IMG/VR virus record: IMGVR_UViG_3300035208_002115
Direction: 5' to 3' (one strand)
DNA: 64,000 nt
Origin: a virus
Taxonomy: Duplodnaviria > Caudoviricetes
Below are positions 41,960-52,371 of this stretch, piece after piece. The notes beneath the pieces are model-generated. The model saw only the letters and a program-made list of their open reading frames with translations. It had not been told where the DNA came from and did no database searches. Numbering within the stretch: position 1 is the stretch's first letter; the number at the start of each line of letters is the position of its first letter. A program made the translations under genes and the position numbers.

Positions 41960-42675
41960 TATATTTTTTTCTGAAGATTATATTTTTTCAGAATTTTATC
42001 CAGATTATATTTAGCTTTATCTATTGGTACATTTAAATCAAAATTTGATAATGCTAAATAATTTGCTGATTCCGTATCAAACCCATCTTTTGGTACTGTT
42101 TTACAACCAGAATCTAAAAACTCAACCACTGTTGAAATACCAATATTGTGAGCCATTGCAACAAGTCCGCTATTTGTTATATAATGAGTTCTTATAACTT
42201 TATTAGAATATTCGTTAAAAATATTCCTAATTCTGGTTACGGTATCTTCCTTCTCCATATAGTGTTCAAATCGACTATTAAGAATAGCAATGTAATAAAT
42301 CATTGCAGCATCTTGAAGTTCTGGATTATTTTTAAAATCTTCCCATGATATGTGGTCGATATCTAAACACATTCTACAAGCTTCACCAAACTGGTATCTA
42401 CCCCAATATTGAGACCACAGAGTATCACCATCTATTATAAAATTTGGTCGTCTTGCAGCGTAATTTGTAGCTGATTCAAATAAACTCAATTCGTGAATAA
42501 ATTTTTGAGCATTTAAAATATTCACTTCAACAGGTACAGGTCTATCGACTGGTACTTCTACTTTAATGTATTGTACATCATTCGATATAGAACTAAGGAA
42601 AATGAACCCTATAAATATTACTAAACCAGTAATAAATGAATTCATTAAACCTCTGTTTTTTTGGAAAATTTTCAT
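41959..42675 (-). CDS. Membrane-anchored lysozyme-fold hydrolase, paralog of 25050..25868
   Basis: N-terminal TM; FESATNY, YWGRYQFG, ITNSGLVAMAHNIG, KDG. Confidence 0.7.
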   Translation of the reverse strand: MKIFQKNRGLMNSFITGLVIFIGFIFLSSISNDVQYIKVEVPVDRPVPVEVNILNAQKFIHELSLFESATNYAARRPNFIIDGDTLWSQYWGRYQFGEACRMCLDIDHISWEDFKNNPELQDAAMIYYIAILNSRFEHYMEKEDTVTRIRNIFNEYSNKVIRTHYITNSGLVAMAHNIGISTVVEFLDSGCKTVPKDGFDTESANYLALSNFDLNVPIDKAKYNLDKILKKYNLQKKI

Positions 42676-42761
42676 ACGAGTTTTAAATTAGTTTGGTTAC
42701 AAAAATAATTATTTTATTTAATATAAAAAATAATATATACATTAAAATCAATTTGTGCTTT

Positions 42762-44201
42762 ATGGCAATATTATTAAAAGAAACGAAATTCAGTCAATTA
42801 TCTATTCCAGAAGCAGGTTATATTCTGTTTGGTATTGATAGTGAAACTGGAAATATTAAATATGTTGATTCAACGGGTGAAAGTAAAACTATATCTATTG
42901 ATGTAGGTGGTGATATTACTGGTGATTCTATTGTTGTGGGTACTATTGTTGGTACGCCCGGCACGTATTATTTAGCAAATGGATTAAATGTTCAACCATT
43001 ATCCGATTATGCTCATGCCGAAGGTAGGGAAACAATTGTAACATCATCTGCCGATTATGCTCATGCCGAAGGATATAAAACAACTGCAAGTGCTGAATAT
43101 GCACATTCCCAAGGTGAATATACTACGGCTGCTGGTGAAGCCAGTATGACTGGTGGTATAGGTTCAGCTTCATATCTTGTTATTGCAAGTGCCTCTGCAT
43201 CTGTTAATATTTCATCGACAAGTACCAGAACATCTGATATTGCAGGTTCTAACAGTGTAATAATTGGCGGTGTTGATAATCTTATTGGTATTAGTACAGC
43301 TTCAGCTATCATAGGTGGTAGATTAAATACTATTAACGGTGTTAGTAATAATGGTATATTTGTTGGTATTTCTAATACAATAAATAATACTTCACAAAAT
43401 AGTGTAATAATTGGTGGTAATACTAACACTATTAATACTGCTGGTATATGTGATTCGATAATAGCATCTTATAATTCATCAATCGCATCCAGTTTATCTT
43501 ATGTATCTATTATAGGTATGTCTGGATATGCAGCAACAACATATAACAACGTTGTGTATATGCCAGCAATTGCATTAGTTAATAGTAGTACAACTCCAAC
43601 TGTTAATGGTGCTATTAGATATAATGGTGCAAATTTTCAGGGTTATAGTGGTGGTTGGATTTCATTAGAAAGACCCACTGATTATGTAACAACTGGTTCA
43701 ACCCAATCTATAACAGGTACTAAATCTTTTACCACAATGAATTCTACAACATCAAATATCACCACATTAAATTGTACAACTTCAAATTTTACTGGTGTTA
43801 TGACATTTCCAGTCAATACAAATGTTGTAAAAAATCAAGTAATATATTCTTTCACCACTGGAGCTGATGTTACTACTGAACAAATAATAAGTAGAACATA
43901 TTATTATATTTGTGCAAACATTGAGATACAAAATTCTCATGTAGATGTTATATATAATGTTGAGTTAGACAGTTTTGAGTCTTCAACAACTACTTTATCT
44001 TCAATATTATTGGTTAATATAAACTCAAATGGTTGGTCAAGTGATAGTCTTACTATTAATTTTAGAAATACAGCAAATACTGTTTTAAAAACATATAATA
44101 TACCAGGTTTTACAGGAGGTGTTAAATCTGCTGAATTTACAATTGGATATGTATATGGTGGCACATTGTCAAACAGGTTCATTATAATAGGTAACGTTTA
44201 A
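42762..44201 (+). CDS. Tail fibre/adhesin-like protein with YadA-head-like repeats
   Basis: YAHAEG repeats, SVIIGG repeats, GAIRYNG; TAATATATA at 42731-42739 supports the ATG at 42762. Confidence 0.7.
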   Translation: MAILLKETKFSQLSIPEAGYILFGIDSETGNIKYVDSTGESKTISIDVGGDITGDSIVVGTIVGTPGTYYLANGLNVQPLSDYAHAEGRETIVTSSADYAHAEGYKTTASAEYAHSQGEYTTAAGEASMTGGIGSASYLVIASASASVNISSTSTRTSDIAGSNSVIIGGVDNLIGISTASAIIGGRLNTINGVSNNGIFVGISNTINNTSQNSVIIGGNTNTINTAGICDSIIASYNSSIASSLSYVSIIGMSGYAATTYNNVVYMPAIALVNSSTTPTVNGAIRYNGANFQGYSGGWISLERPTDYVTTGSTQSITGTKSFTTMNSTTSNITTLNCTTSNFTGVMTFPVNTNVVKNQVIYSFTTGADVTTEQIISRTYYYICANIEIQNSHVDVIYNVELDSFESSTTTLSSILLVNINSNGWSSDSLTINFRNTANTVLKTYNIPGFTGGVKSAEFTIGYVYGGTLSNRFIIIGNV

Positions 44202-44217
44202 AATAAAAATATAAATT

Positions 44218-44934
44218 ATGAATGCATTTAATTACTTCGATAAAATTTATTGTATAAATCTTGTGGATGATACCCAAAGAAAAGAAAATATGACTACTCT
44301 TTTTACTGAATTAAATATTTTGAATTTAGTGCAGTTTGTAAGCGGTGTTACTAATGAAAATTCATATATAGGTTGTAATAAATCAAGTGTTAATATATTT
44401 TTAGATGCAAAATCTAATAATTATAATAAAATATTGATATTAGAAGATGATATTGAACCAGATGGTGATGTTTTAACTAAGATGGAAAATTGTGTTAATG
44501 AAATAGACCCAGAATGGGATATGTTTTATCTGGGCGGTATACCTCATAGAGTTGAATGGTTTAAAAATGATGAAGAAATTACAACAGTGGAAGAATATAT
44601 GAATAAAAATCATTATATAAAATATAGTAATAATTTGGTCAAATTGAATGGTGGTAGAATTACATTAAGACATGCCGTAGCTTATAAAAATACAACTTTT
44701 GATACATTTATAGATAGATTTTCAAATATTGAAGTCATAGAAAATCATATTATGGATGATATGGATAAATGGTCATGTAATTATTATCAACAACAACCAA
44801 ATATAAAGACCTTTTTTGCTTGCCCAATGTTATTTAATCAAACGTATGGTTATAGTAATAACCTTAAAGCTTATGTAGATATGAGTATTTTTAATAAAGA
44901 CTTATATAGTTTACTTTTGAATATGAAACCATAA
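44218..44934 (+). CDS. Glycosyltransferase family 25
   Basis: KIYCINL...R, GC..S, ILILEDD, WDMFYLG. Confidence 0.85.
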   Translation: MNAFNYFDKIYCINLVDDTQRKENMTTLFTELNILNLVQFVSGVTNENSYIGCNKSSVNIFLDAKSNNYNKILILEDDIEPDGDVLTKMENCVNEIDPEWDMFYLGGIPHRVEWFKNDEEITTVEEYMNKNHYIKYSNNLVKLNGGRITLRHAVAYKNTTFDTFIDRFSNIEVIENHIMDDMDKWSCNYYQQQPNIKTFFACPMLFNQTYGYSNNLKAYVDMSIFNKDLYSLLLNMKP

Positions 44935-44940
44935 TAAATA

Positions 44941-45699
44941 ATGAAAAGTGATTGTATATATCACCGTTCTTTAGACTGTGTTGAAATCGATATTACTTAT
45001 AAATGTAATTTGAAATGTCATAATTGTAATCGTTCCTGTGATATTATAAATTCAGATGATGTTTTCGAAATAAATCAAATTAGAAAATTTTTAGAAAACA
45101 GTGTAATAAATAATAAAATTTGGAGAAGAATTAGGTTGTTAGGTGGTGAACCAACACTCCATCCAGATTTCTTAGAAATACTGAAATTAATTTATCAATA
45201 TAAGATAAAACATAATAAAGAATTGTTAATTGAAATAACTACTAATAATATTTCAATAGAAACAAAAGAATTATTGAAAATATATTTCATAAAATCGAAC
45301 GTTGTTGTTAATATTAGTTATAAAACAGATTTTTATTTAGATGAATTTGTTAATATTTATAATGCACCTATTGATAATTCATATTTTAAAGAAGATAACT
45401 TCGAAGCTGGTTGTGTAATTAGTCAGAATTGTGGAATAGGATTAAATTTATACGGTTTTTATCCTTGTGCTATTTCTGCGAACATAGATAGAATACTTGG
45501 ATTAAATATTGGACGAAAAGTCATACCAAGTGATGATGATACTATGTTAGATTTGTTAAAAATCTTTTGTAAATCGTGCGGTTATTATAAATATTATAGA
45601 GATGATATAATTAAGAATGAAGTTAGTCATTCATGGAAAAAAGTATTTGAAAAATATTTTGATAATAAACCTGTTTTAACAAAAATATATATACAATAA
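44941..45699 (+). CDS. Radical SAM protein
   Basis: CNLKCHNC, GGEPTLHP, C-terminal Cys cluster. Confidence 0.9.
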   Translation: MKSDCIYHRSLDCVEIDITYKCNLKCHNCNRSCDIINSDDVFEINQIRKFLENSVINNKIWRRIRLLGGEPTLHPDFLEILKLIYQYKIKHNKELLIEITTNNISIETKELLKIYFIKSNVVVNISYKTDFYLDEFVNIYNAPIDNSYFKEDNFEAGCVISQNCGIGLNLYGFYPCAISANIDRILGLNIGRKVIPSDDDTMLDLLKIFCKSCGYYKYYRDDIIKNEVSHSWKKVFEKYFDNKPVLTKIYIQ

Positions 45700-45716
45700 A
45701 ATAAAAATATTAATTT

Positions 45717-46283
45717 ATGACTCTATTAGCAAGTGGTAGTTTAAGTTTATTGGGGACAGCAGGTATAAATAGAAATATATCTCAGGAAGTTGATAGAAAC
45801 TCAGTATCACCCAAACAATTTACTACTGTATCATCACATGCTATCCCTTCATATTTACCAGTGAGTATGAGTAATTATTATAGTTATACACAACCATATA
45901 TTAATTTTGGGACGGTTTCTTACGATGTGAATAATGCTTCACAAATTGATGCTAATAGGTCAGTCGATATGTATGGAAAATCAGCACAATGGACTATTGT
46001 GGTTTATGGATATTTATATTGTTTAGGTACATCACCAGTTGGTAATTTGTGGTATAGAAGAAGTGGTGGAGCATGGGTTAAGTTTTTAGAATTGTTAACC
46101 ACTGGTAGCAACTATATTTATTATAGTATAGATATGTATTATTCGGAAACGTTAGATGTTAGAATAAACATATATAATAATGCAAGTTTACAAGGTATTA
46201 TTAATTTAGTAAGTGTTTCCGAACCATCAACAACAAGAGTTCCTTATGTTGGTACTACAAATACTTGGACTGTTTCACTTTAA
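45717..46283 (+). CDS. Putative tail-associated protein
   Basis: MTLLASGSLSL...SMSNYY N-terminus resembling phage fibre-tip proteins; beta-rich. Confidence 0.45.
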   Translation: MTLLASGSLSLLGTAGINRNISQEVDRNSVSPKQFTTVSSHAIPSYLPVSMSNYYSYTQPYINFGTVSYDVNNASQIDANRSVDMYGKSAQWTIVVYGYLYCLGTSPVGNLWYRRSGGAWVKFLELLTTGSNYIYYSIDMYYSETLDVRINIYNNASLQGIINLVSVSEPSTTRVPYVGTTNTWTVSL

Positions 46284-46284
46284 A

Positions 46285-46991
46285 TTATTTAAGAAGTTTA
46301 ATTAAATCAGTCATTAAAATAGAAATAAGTTTTTTACCTTCTATTTCGACATCTGGTATATTTTTTATTATAGAGTATTTATCATTACCATCTATTTCTA
46401 ATTTAGATAGATGTTCTTTTAAAATTGTGTGGTGTGCATAATAATTTTTCAATTCAGATAAGAATTTAGTTAAATCGAAACCCTCCTTATTGTTATATTT
46501 TATCATTTTTAACTCATTATCTTGGTTCTCAACCATGATATACCATATACTTTTCTTGGAGATTTTAATATTTTCAAGAAAATTATAGGCGTGATGAGCT
46601 TTTGTGTTCTTAGGAAACTTTGCTATTTTACCAATAAAATTTACGTTTTTATCATTTGACATATATAAATATCATATTTTATAGTATATATTTAAAAGAA
46701 TTGGTCGTATTTGGTCGTTTTTAAATATAGTTTTTAATTTCGATGCTTATTGTAGTATTTATCAACAGTATAGTTCCAAAAATTTCTTACAACTAATGTT
46801 GATTCGTGCATCCATACAGTCATTTTTTCCAATCTAATGAGAAATTCATTTGTAGTATCATTCCCAAATATATAATGAGAAAATGCTTTTTTATATAAAT
46901 TATTTTCATAATCAAATCTTTTATCTGGATTGTAATCATGTCTGTGATTTAATTCATACAATTCTTTGATATGTTTTTGTTCTTCAATCAT
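46285..46991 (-). CDS. Two hypothetical genes (46285-46662, 46734-46991)
   Basis: ORF track. Confidence 0.55.
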
Positions 46992-47037
46992 AAAAATGTT
47001 TTATTTTTTAATATATATAAAAAAAACATATTATAAA

Positions 47038-47337
47038 ATGAAAAGTTTTCTGGATTTTGTAAATGAAAAAGAAATAATGATAAAAGTTGAGTTAGATGTT
47101 GTTGAAACGGAAACATCTGTCGATAGTGATGATGTTGAAGATAATATTTTAACAATAATGAACTCTCTCGAATTTAAACAATGGATATCTAATCTTACCG
47201 AAGAAGAAATAAAAAACATTGAAATTGGAGCTGCTGATTTTTATAAATCCGAACCTCAAAATGCAGAATATTTACGTAAATGTTTTTTTGTAGAAAAATT
47301 TTTAGAACAACAATCAAATGAGGATAAAACTATTTGA
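47038..47337 (+). CDS. Small tagged acidic protein
   Basis: MKSFLDFVNE at ATG 47038, after TAATATATA at 47009-47017. Confidence 0.55.
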   Translation: MKSFLDFVNEKEIMIKVELDVVETETSVDSDDVEDNILTIMNSLEFKQWISNLTEEEIKNIEIGAADFYKSEPQNAEYLRKCFFVEKFLEQQSNEDKTI

Positions 47338-47839
47338 ACAATTTAGTAAGAAGTGGTATCATGGTTCTAAAGAAACTTTTTCTGATTTTAAATTAAAAAA
47401 AGGAACTCTTTTAGATTATAATTATATAGCACCTATATTTTTAACGTCTGATTTAGAATTTGCTGAAGCACATGCTGGATATAAAACCCCACATATTTAT
47501 GAAATTGAAGTGTTGACAGATAAATTATTTGATTATAAAAAAATACCAAATGGATATGACTTGTTTAGATTCTTAGAAAAAGATATTAAAAAAGATGATG
47601 ATAAAGATTACACCCTTGGTAAAAAGTTATATTTTGATATCGAAAATAAGTCAGATGATGTAGATAGAATGTATGGTGGTATATGTTCTGGTGAATATAG
47701 TGAATTAGAACAAGTTTGGTTTTATGATTGGTTGAAAAAAAATGGTTATGATGGTGCATATGTGAGAGAAACTGGTATCGTTAATTTATTTATTTTTGAC
47801 ACCAAAAAATTGAAGATAATAAAAACAATAACACAGTAA
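47318..47839 (+). CDS. ADP-ribosyltransferase-like protein (polyvalent-protein type) with N-terminal tag
   Basis: WYHGS...FKL...IFLTSD..FA...GYDG; N-terminus MRIKLFEQF. Confidence 0.65.
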   Translation: MRIKLFEQFSKKWYHGSKETFSDFKLKKGTLLDYNYIAPIFLTSDLEFAEAHAGYKTPHIYEIEVLTDKLFDYKKIPNGYDLFRFLEKDIKKDDDKDYTLGKKLYFDIENKSDDVDRMYGGICSGEYSELEQVWFYDWLKKNGYDGAYVRETGIVNLFIFDTKKLKIIKTITQ

Positions 47840-47841
47840 TA

Positions 47842-48381
47842 ATGAAATCTTTTATATGTTTTATTAATGAAAAACGAGTAGTTAGAGAAGAAAGAATTGA
47901 AATTTTAAGAGATTCCAAATATATAGTAGTTGCACCATTATCTGAAATAGCAAGTTGTAAATACGGTGCTTATACTCATTGGTGTACATCTAATCCGCAT
48001 TCTGGTGCATGGTCAGATGATTATGTTAATGGTGAAAACCAAAATAAGTTAATCTATATTATACAACGAAATTATAACATGACTCCAGAAAATAAAGAGA
48101 AATCTGAAGAATATTATTATCTAAATCAGAAAATAGAAAATCAAGATTTTGATGACGAAGAAGATAAAGAAAGAACACAAGAAAGATTTAGTGACTTAAA
48201 TGATGATGAAGAATCATTAGATTTTTCTAAAATTGCAATAGAATATAATAATAGAAATAAAAGTTTTGTCATCTGGAGTGCCAATAATATTCCAATATCT
48301 GAAACTCGGTATTATGACTTGGGTAATTTGCCGATAGATGACTATGTTATAGATAGAATAAAAGATTTTTGTAAAACTTAA
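47842..48381 (+). CDS. Tagged protein with ASCxYGxxTxWC motif
   Basis: MKSFICFINE; VAPLSEIASCKYGAYTHWCTS. Confidence 0.55.
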   Translation: MKSFICFINEKRVVREERIEILRDSKYIVVAPLSEIASCKYGAYTHWCTSNPHSGAWSDDYVNGENQNKLIYIIQRNYNMTPENKEKSEEYYYLNQKIENQDFDDEEDKERTQERFSDLNDDEESLDFSKIAIEYNNRNKSFVIWSANNIPISETRYYDLGNLPIDDYVIDRIKDFCKT

Positions 48382-48411
48382 TATTGTTTAATATTATTAA
48401 ACAAAATCATT

Positions 48412-50898
48412 TTAAAAGTCAAATGATTCATTGAGCATATTCTGGAATATTTCTTTCTCTCGTTTACGTTGTTCGATGCCAATTTCGTTTCCTTTTAATC
48501 CAGAATCCATCAACTCTTGACCTGATACGGATAAATTATATTCAATAAATTTATTTGTGAATTTCTTATCCAGACTATGTATATCTGAAAATTCTCTGAT
48601 AATATCAGGATTGATATCTAATTGATTCTGTTTCTTTTTCATATCATATACTTTATCGACATCACCGATATTATCATAGAATGTTATTAAAAAACAAATA
48701 ACATCGGCATAATCAGATGAAAATTTAAATTCCCGAATCAATCTTTTATTAAAATCACCGTTTGGAATGTTTTCTAAAAATAAATAAGTATACATTTGAA
48801 TTAAATCTAAACTATTGATATTTATTACATCTTCATTAATGAGCGTATTTTTAAACATTTGATTCCACATCTTGAACCCAGTTAAATATCTCAAATACAT
48901 TTTCCAAGCTGATAAATCATTTTTATCGGATGCATATTCCCACATTTTCCATATTTCTTCCAGTATTCTTTCTTGTGAAACATCGTCTTCAGGTGAAATA
49001 CCACTTAATTGATTATCTTTTTTAATAGCATTGGCTGTTTCTTCATCAATTTTATTATGACTTCTGGCAGCAAATCTGAAACAACGAATTATGCGAAGGC
49101 GGTCTTCTTTAAATCTTTCTGAAGGGTTTCCAACAGTCCTTATAATACCATTTTTTATATCATCGATACCACCAACCAAATCAATTATTTGTTTCTTATC
49201 TATATCATAAAAAAGAGCATTTTGTGTTAAATCTCTACGCTTAACATCATCTTCAATTGTAATATGAGAACCTATTTCTACCTTTTGGTCATCACCTTTG
49301 GTATTTCTTCCTGATGAGATATCACGCCTGTATGAAGCTATCTCATAACCTTTTGGTTCATCCTCTGTAAATACTCTTATAACACCAAAATGTGCGCCTT
49401 GTAAATCGGTTCTATAATCTTTTAATATCTTCTTAGTTTCTTCTGGTAGAGCATCAGTTACTAAATCATAATCATGTGGTATCTTACCCATAATAAAATC
49501 ACGAATCGCACCACCAACTATGAAAAGTTTTTTACCAGCTTCGCTGAATAAATCATGAAATTCTAAAACATCTTCTGGTATAAACATTTCGGTATTTAAA
49601 TTATTGTTTTCGTTATATTTTTTTATTGTGGTGTTTTTTGTTTCTTCATTTCTACAAATATATGGTTTAATATTAAAATATTCATACACTCCATGTCCAA
49701 TCCCAGACTTATTTTCTATTAAATCATATCTGGCTACTAAGTAATCCCCTGATATAAAAAATGATTTAGCATTAATTAAAACAGAAAATACATACGGTTT
49801 TCCACTATTATTAGTCATCAAACTGTATCTTTTTGATGTTTCATAATCAATACCAAACCAACTTCCACTTTTAAATTTACCTGATTTTAAAATTTTCTTA
49901 AAATTAGCTGGAGTTGTCCCATGATAAACTTGTAAGAATTTTTCTCCATTTAATTCATGAATTGTTACTTTATTCCTGATAGCAAAATCCAAATTCATTT
50001 TCTCATAAAAATCTGAATCATCATCAGATTCATTAATTTTATTATTTTGTAATAAAAAAGAATCCGATTGAATATATGCTAATATTTCTGTTTCACCGTT
50101 TACTAATGCTTGTTCAATTCTATGAAATCCATCAATTACACCTGACTTTTGAACATCACCACCCCTTGAAATATCACCTACTATAATAGGAGTTTCTATA
50201 ATTTTTATTTTTATGATTGGTTCACTCGAATTTAAATATTCTTTTAAATCCACATCATTTTGTATCAGTTTAGAAATAGGGATGTTTGTTAATATATAAT
50301 TATGACTTTTAATAACATTTTCCAAATCATCTATATCATTGTCTTTTTTTCTAATTAATGAAAAAACGACATCACCACTTATAATATTATTTTCATTTGT
50401 TTTATACATTTTAAAATCGGAGAACTTTATAAGAGATTCATATTCTGGTTTATCTCTTTTATCTATTAATTCAACACCATATTTTTTTGCATAATCATGA
50501 AGTAACCCTCTTGCTTTTTCCCAGCCCTTTTTTGAATATCCAGATGTTTCTAATCTGAAATTATTATTTTTACAGAATTTCATCATGGTATCAACTATAT
50601 TCTTAACATATCCACGACCTTGATATTCTTCAATTATAGATATATAATCTATCCAAAATAAATCTTGTTGATTATATGGACTTTCTTCTAATTTACATAG
50701 ACCAATAATTTCTTTATCATCGAATAATGTGACAAAAAATATTCTGGAAACATATAATTTTGATAGAGTGTTTGAATATGATGCACGGACATCATTATAA
50801 TAAAAATATTTTATTTTTTTTTCTAAATCATATGGTTCACCACGACTATATATGATATCTGATAATTCTTTTTGACTTAGTACAACTGTGTTAATCAT
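48412..50898 (-). CDS. Polyvalent protein: GNAT + ParB-like + ART-like + CCA-adding tRNA nucleotidyltransferase
   Basis: EEYQGRGY (GNAT motif A); VIDGFHR (ParB); VYHGT...WFG (ART); VGGAIRD, DYDL, RRDLTQNA, EDRLRIIR (class II NTase). Confidence 0.85.
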   Translation of the reverse strand: MINTVVLSQKELSDIIYSRGEPYDLEKKIKYFYYNDVRASYSNTLSKLYVSRIFFVTLFDDKEIIGLCKLEESPYNQQDLFWIDYISIIEEYQGRGYVKNIVDTMMKFCKNNNFRLETSGYSKKGWEKARGLLHDYAKKYGVELIDKRDKPEYESLIKFSDFKMYKTNENNIISGDVVFSLIRKKDNDIDDLENVIKSHNYILTNIPISKLIQNDVDLKEYLNSSEPIIKIKIIETPIIVGDISRGGDVQKSGVIDGFHRIEQALVNGETEILAYIQSDSFLLQNNKINESDDDSDFYEKMNLDFAIRNKVTIHELNGEKFLQVYHGTTPANFKKILKSGKFKSGSWFGIDYETSKRYSLMTNNSGKPYVFSVLINAKSFFISGDYLVARYDLIENKSGIGHGVYEYFNIKPYICRNEETKNTTIKKYNENNNLNTEMFIPEDVLEFHDLFSEAGKKLFIVGGAIRDFIMGKIPHDYDLVTDALPEETKKILKDYRTDLQGAHFGVIRVFTEDEPKGYEIASYRRDISSGRNTKGDDQKVEIGSHITIEDDVKRRDLTQNALFYDIDKKQIIDLVGGIDDIKNGIIRTVGNPSERFKEDRLRIIRCFRFAARSHNKIDEETANAIKKDNQLSGISPEDDVSQERILEEIWKMWEYASDKNDLSAWKMYLRYLTGFKMWNQMFKNTLINEDVININSLDLIQMYTYLFLENIPNGDFNKRLIREFKFSSDYADVICFLITFYDNIGDVDKVYDMKKKQNQLDINPDIIREFSDIHSLDKKFTNKFIEYNLSVSGQELMDSGLKGNEIGIEQRKREKEIFQNMLNESFDF

Positions 50899-50943
50899 TA
50901 AATATGGTATCTTTTTTATTATATATAAAATTAAAGGATGGTA

Positions 50944-52314
50944 TTACCATTTTTTTCGGTCATCATTCACTCTAAAATTGGATATTTTATCTAAATTATC
51001 TTCGGACGGTAATGGTGAAAAACCAAAACGTTTTTTAATATTATTTCTACCATATGCCCAGTTATAATCTTCTTCACCATCTTTTTTGACTCCATATACC
51101 ACACCACCTTTATCATTGGATGACCAAACATAATATGCATGTACGTTCCATTTAACACCTTTATCATCTAATATATCATAATAAGCTTCTTTGGTGTCGT
51201 GTGTAAATGCGCCAACACTCAATGGGTTATTAGTAGCTATAAGATAATCCTCATCTGTTACAATGATATCATCTTTTTCAAATTTGTAATTCTTAGGTAC
51301 AACTACGATATATTCTCGTTCTTTTTTATTACTAACATAGTCTTCTTTGTCAAATAGTTCTTCAGTTAATTCAGAAGAAATTATATTTATTTTTGAAGTT
51401 TCAACTCGAAGAACAAAACCCTCTTTATTTGAGAAGTATTTAGCTACTGGTAAACTGGCAGTGAAAGAAATGAATTTCCCATCAGTCAACTTATGAATAC
51501 CATTCTTTAGAATGTAATCAAACAACAAATCATACTTTTCTTGCATGGCTTTGTTATGCTTAAATTTCGAATCTGAATGATATTTAGTCATATCTTTCCA
51601 TTGTTGACCAATAGCTTTTTCGGCTTTTTGCCACATTGTTCCTCGGATTCCTCTGTAAATATATTTTGGTAACTTATGAGTTTTTTCTTTTATACCTTTT
51701 TTCAAAATATAATGATTATAAAATATGTATAACCAAATATATTGTAGTATATTATTTACTTTTTTAATTCCTTCTTCTGTCCTAACAGTGAATGCTGTTG
51801 TTCCAGCTACTGTTACGAATCTTTTCATTACATCTTTATTTGAATATTGGTCACGTTCTGTTTCTTTAGGGTCAGTATTTTTTATTTTTTCTAAATCTCT
51901 GTATTGACTTAATAAACCAAGACCATTAACTGACATCGTATTTCCATATATGTTCCTTGAATTATAACCACCAGAAGTTAATATTAGAAATCGAGTCTGA
52001 GTTTTTAAATCTTTGAAAATATTTGTGTCTTTTTTTGGAATTTTATAATTAAGTTCGGCTATTGAATGTATTATACTTTTAGATAGAGAATCTTTCCAAT
52101 GTAATATCATATGCTCTTTAATCTTGATATATATTTCCATATTCATACCCATTAAAGAAATTAATTCTTCAATAGTATTGAAACCAGTTAATACGGATTC
52201 ACGCAATTTGTTTCTAAAATCAGTCCAATCTGAATATTGAATATTTCCTTCAAATTTACCAAACATAGATTCATTTATTGAGTTAAACTTATTATAATTA
52301 AAGAGATGTTTCAT
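50944..52314 (-). CDS. R-S-E ADP-ribosyltransferase (Alt/Mod-like) with N-terminal tag
   Basis: IYRGI...FISFTAS..VA..F...EREYIV; N-terminus MKHLFNYNKFNSINE. Confidence 0.7.
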   Translation of the reverse strand: MKHLFNYNKFNSINESMFGKFEGNIQYSDWTDFRNKLRESVLTGFNTIEELISLMGMNMEIYIKIKEHMILHWKDSLSKSIIHSIAELNYKIPKKDTNIFKDLKTQTRFLILTSGGYNSRNIYGNTMSVNGLGLLSQYRDLEKIKNTDPKETERDQYSNKDVMKRFVTVAGTTAFTVRTEEGIKKVNNILQYIWLYIFYNHYILKKGIKEKTHKLPKYIYRGIRGTMWQKAEKAIGQQWKDMTKYHSDSKFKHNKAMQEKYDLLFDYILKNGIHKLTDGKFISFTASLPVAKYFSNKEGFVLRVETSKINIISSELTEELFDKEDYVSNKKEREYIVVVPKNYKFEKDDIIVTDEDYLIATNNPLSVGAFTHDTKEAYYDILDDKGVKWNVHAYYVWSSNDKGGVVYGVKKDGEEDYNWAYGRNNIKKRFGFSPLPSEDNLDKISNFRVNDDRKKW

Positions 52315-52371
52315 TAAAAATTTAAATATTTTTCTTTATATATTTAATTCTAAAGAAAAATTTATTTGAAA

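Noticed and set aside
43000-43075. Repeated ccgattatgctcatgccgaagg as a DGR or mobile-element repeat
   Set aside because: It simply encodes the DYAHAEG repeats of the fibre protein; there is no reverse transcriptase or adenine-specific variation.
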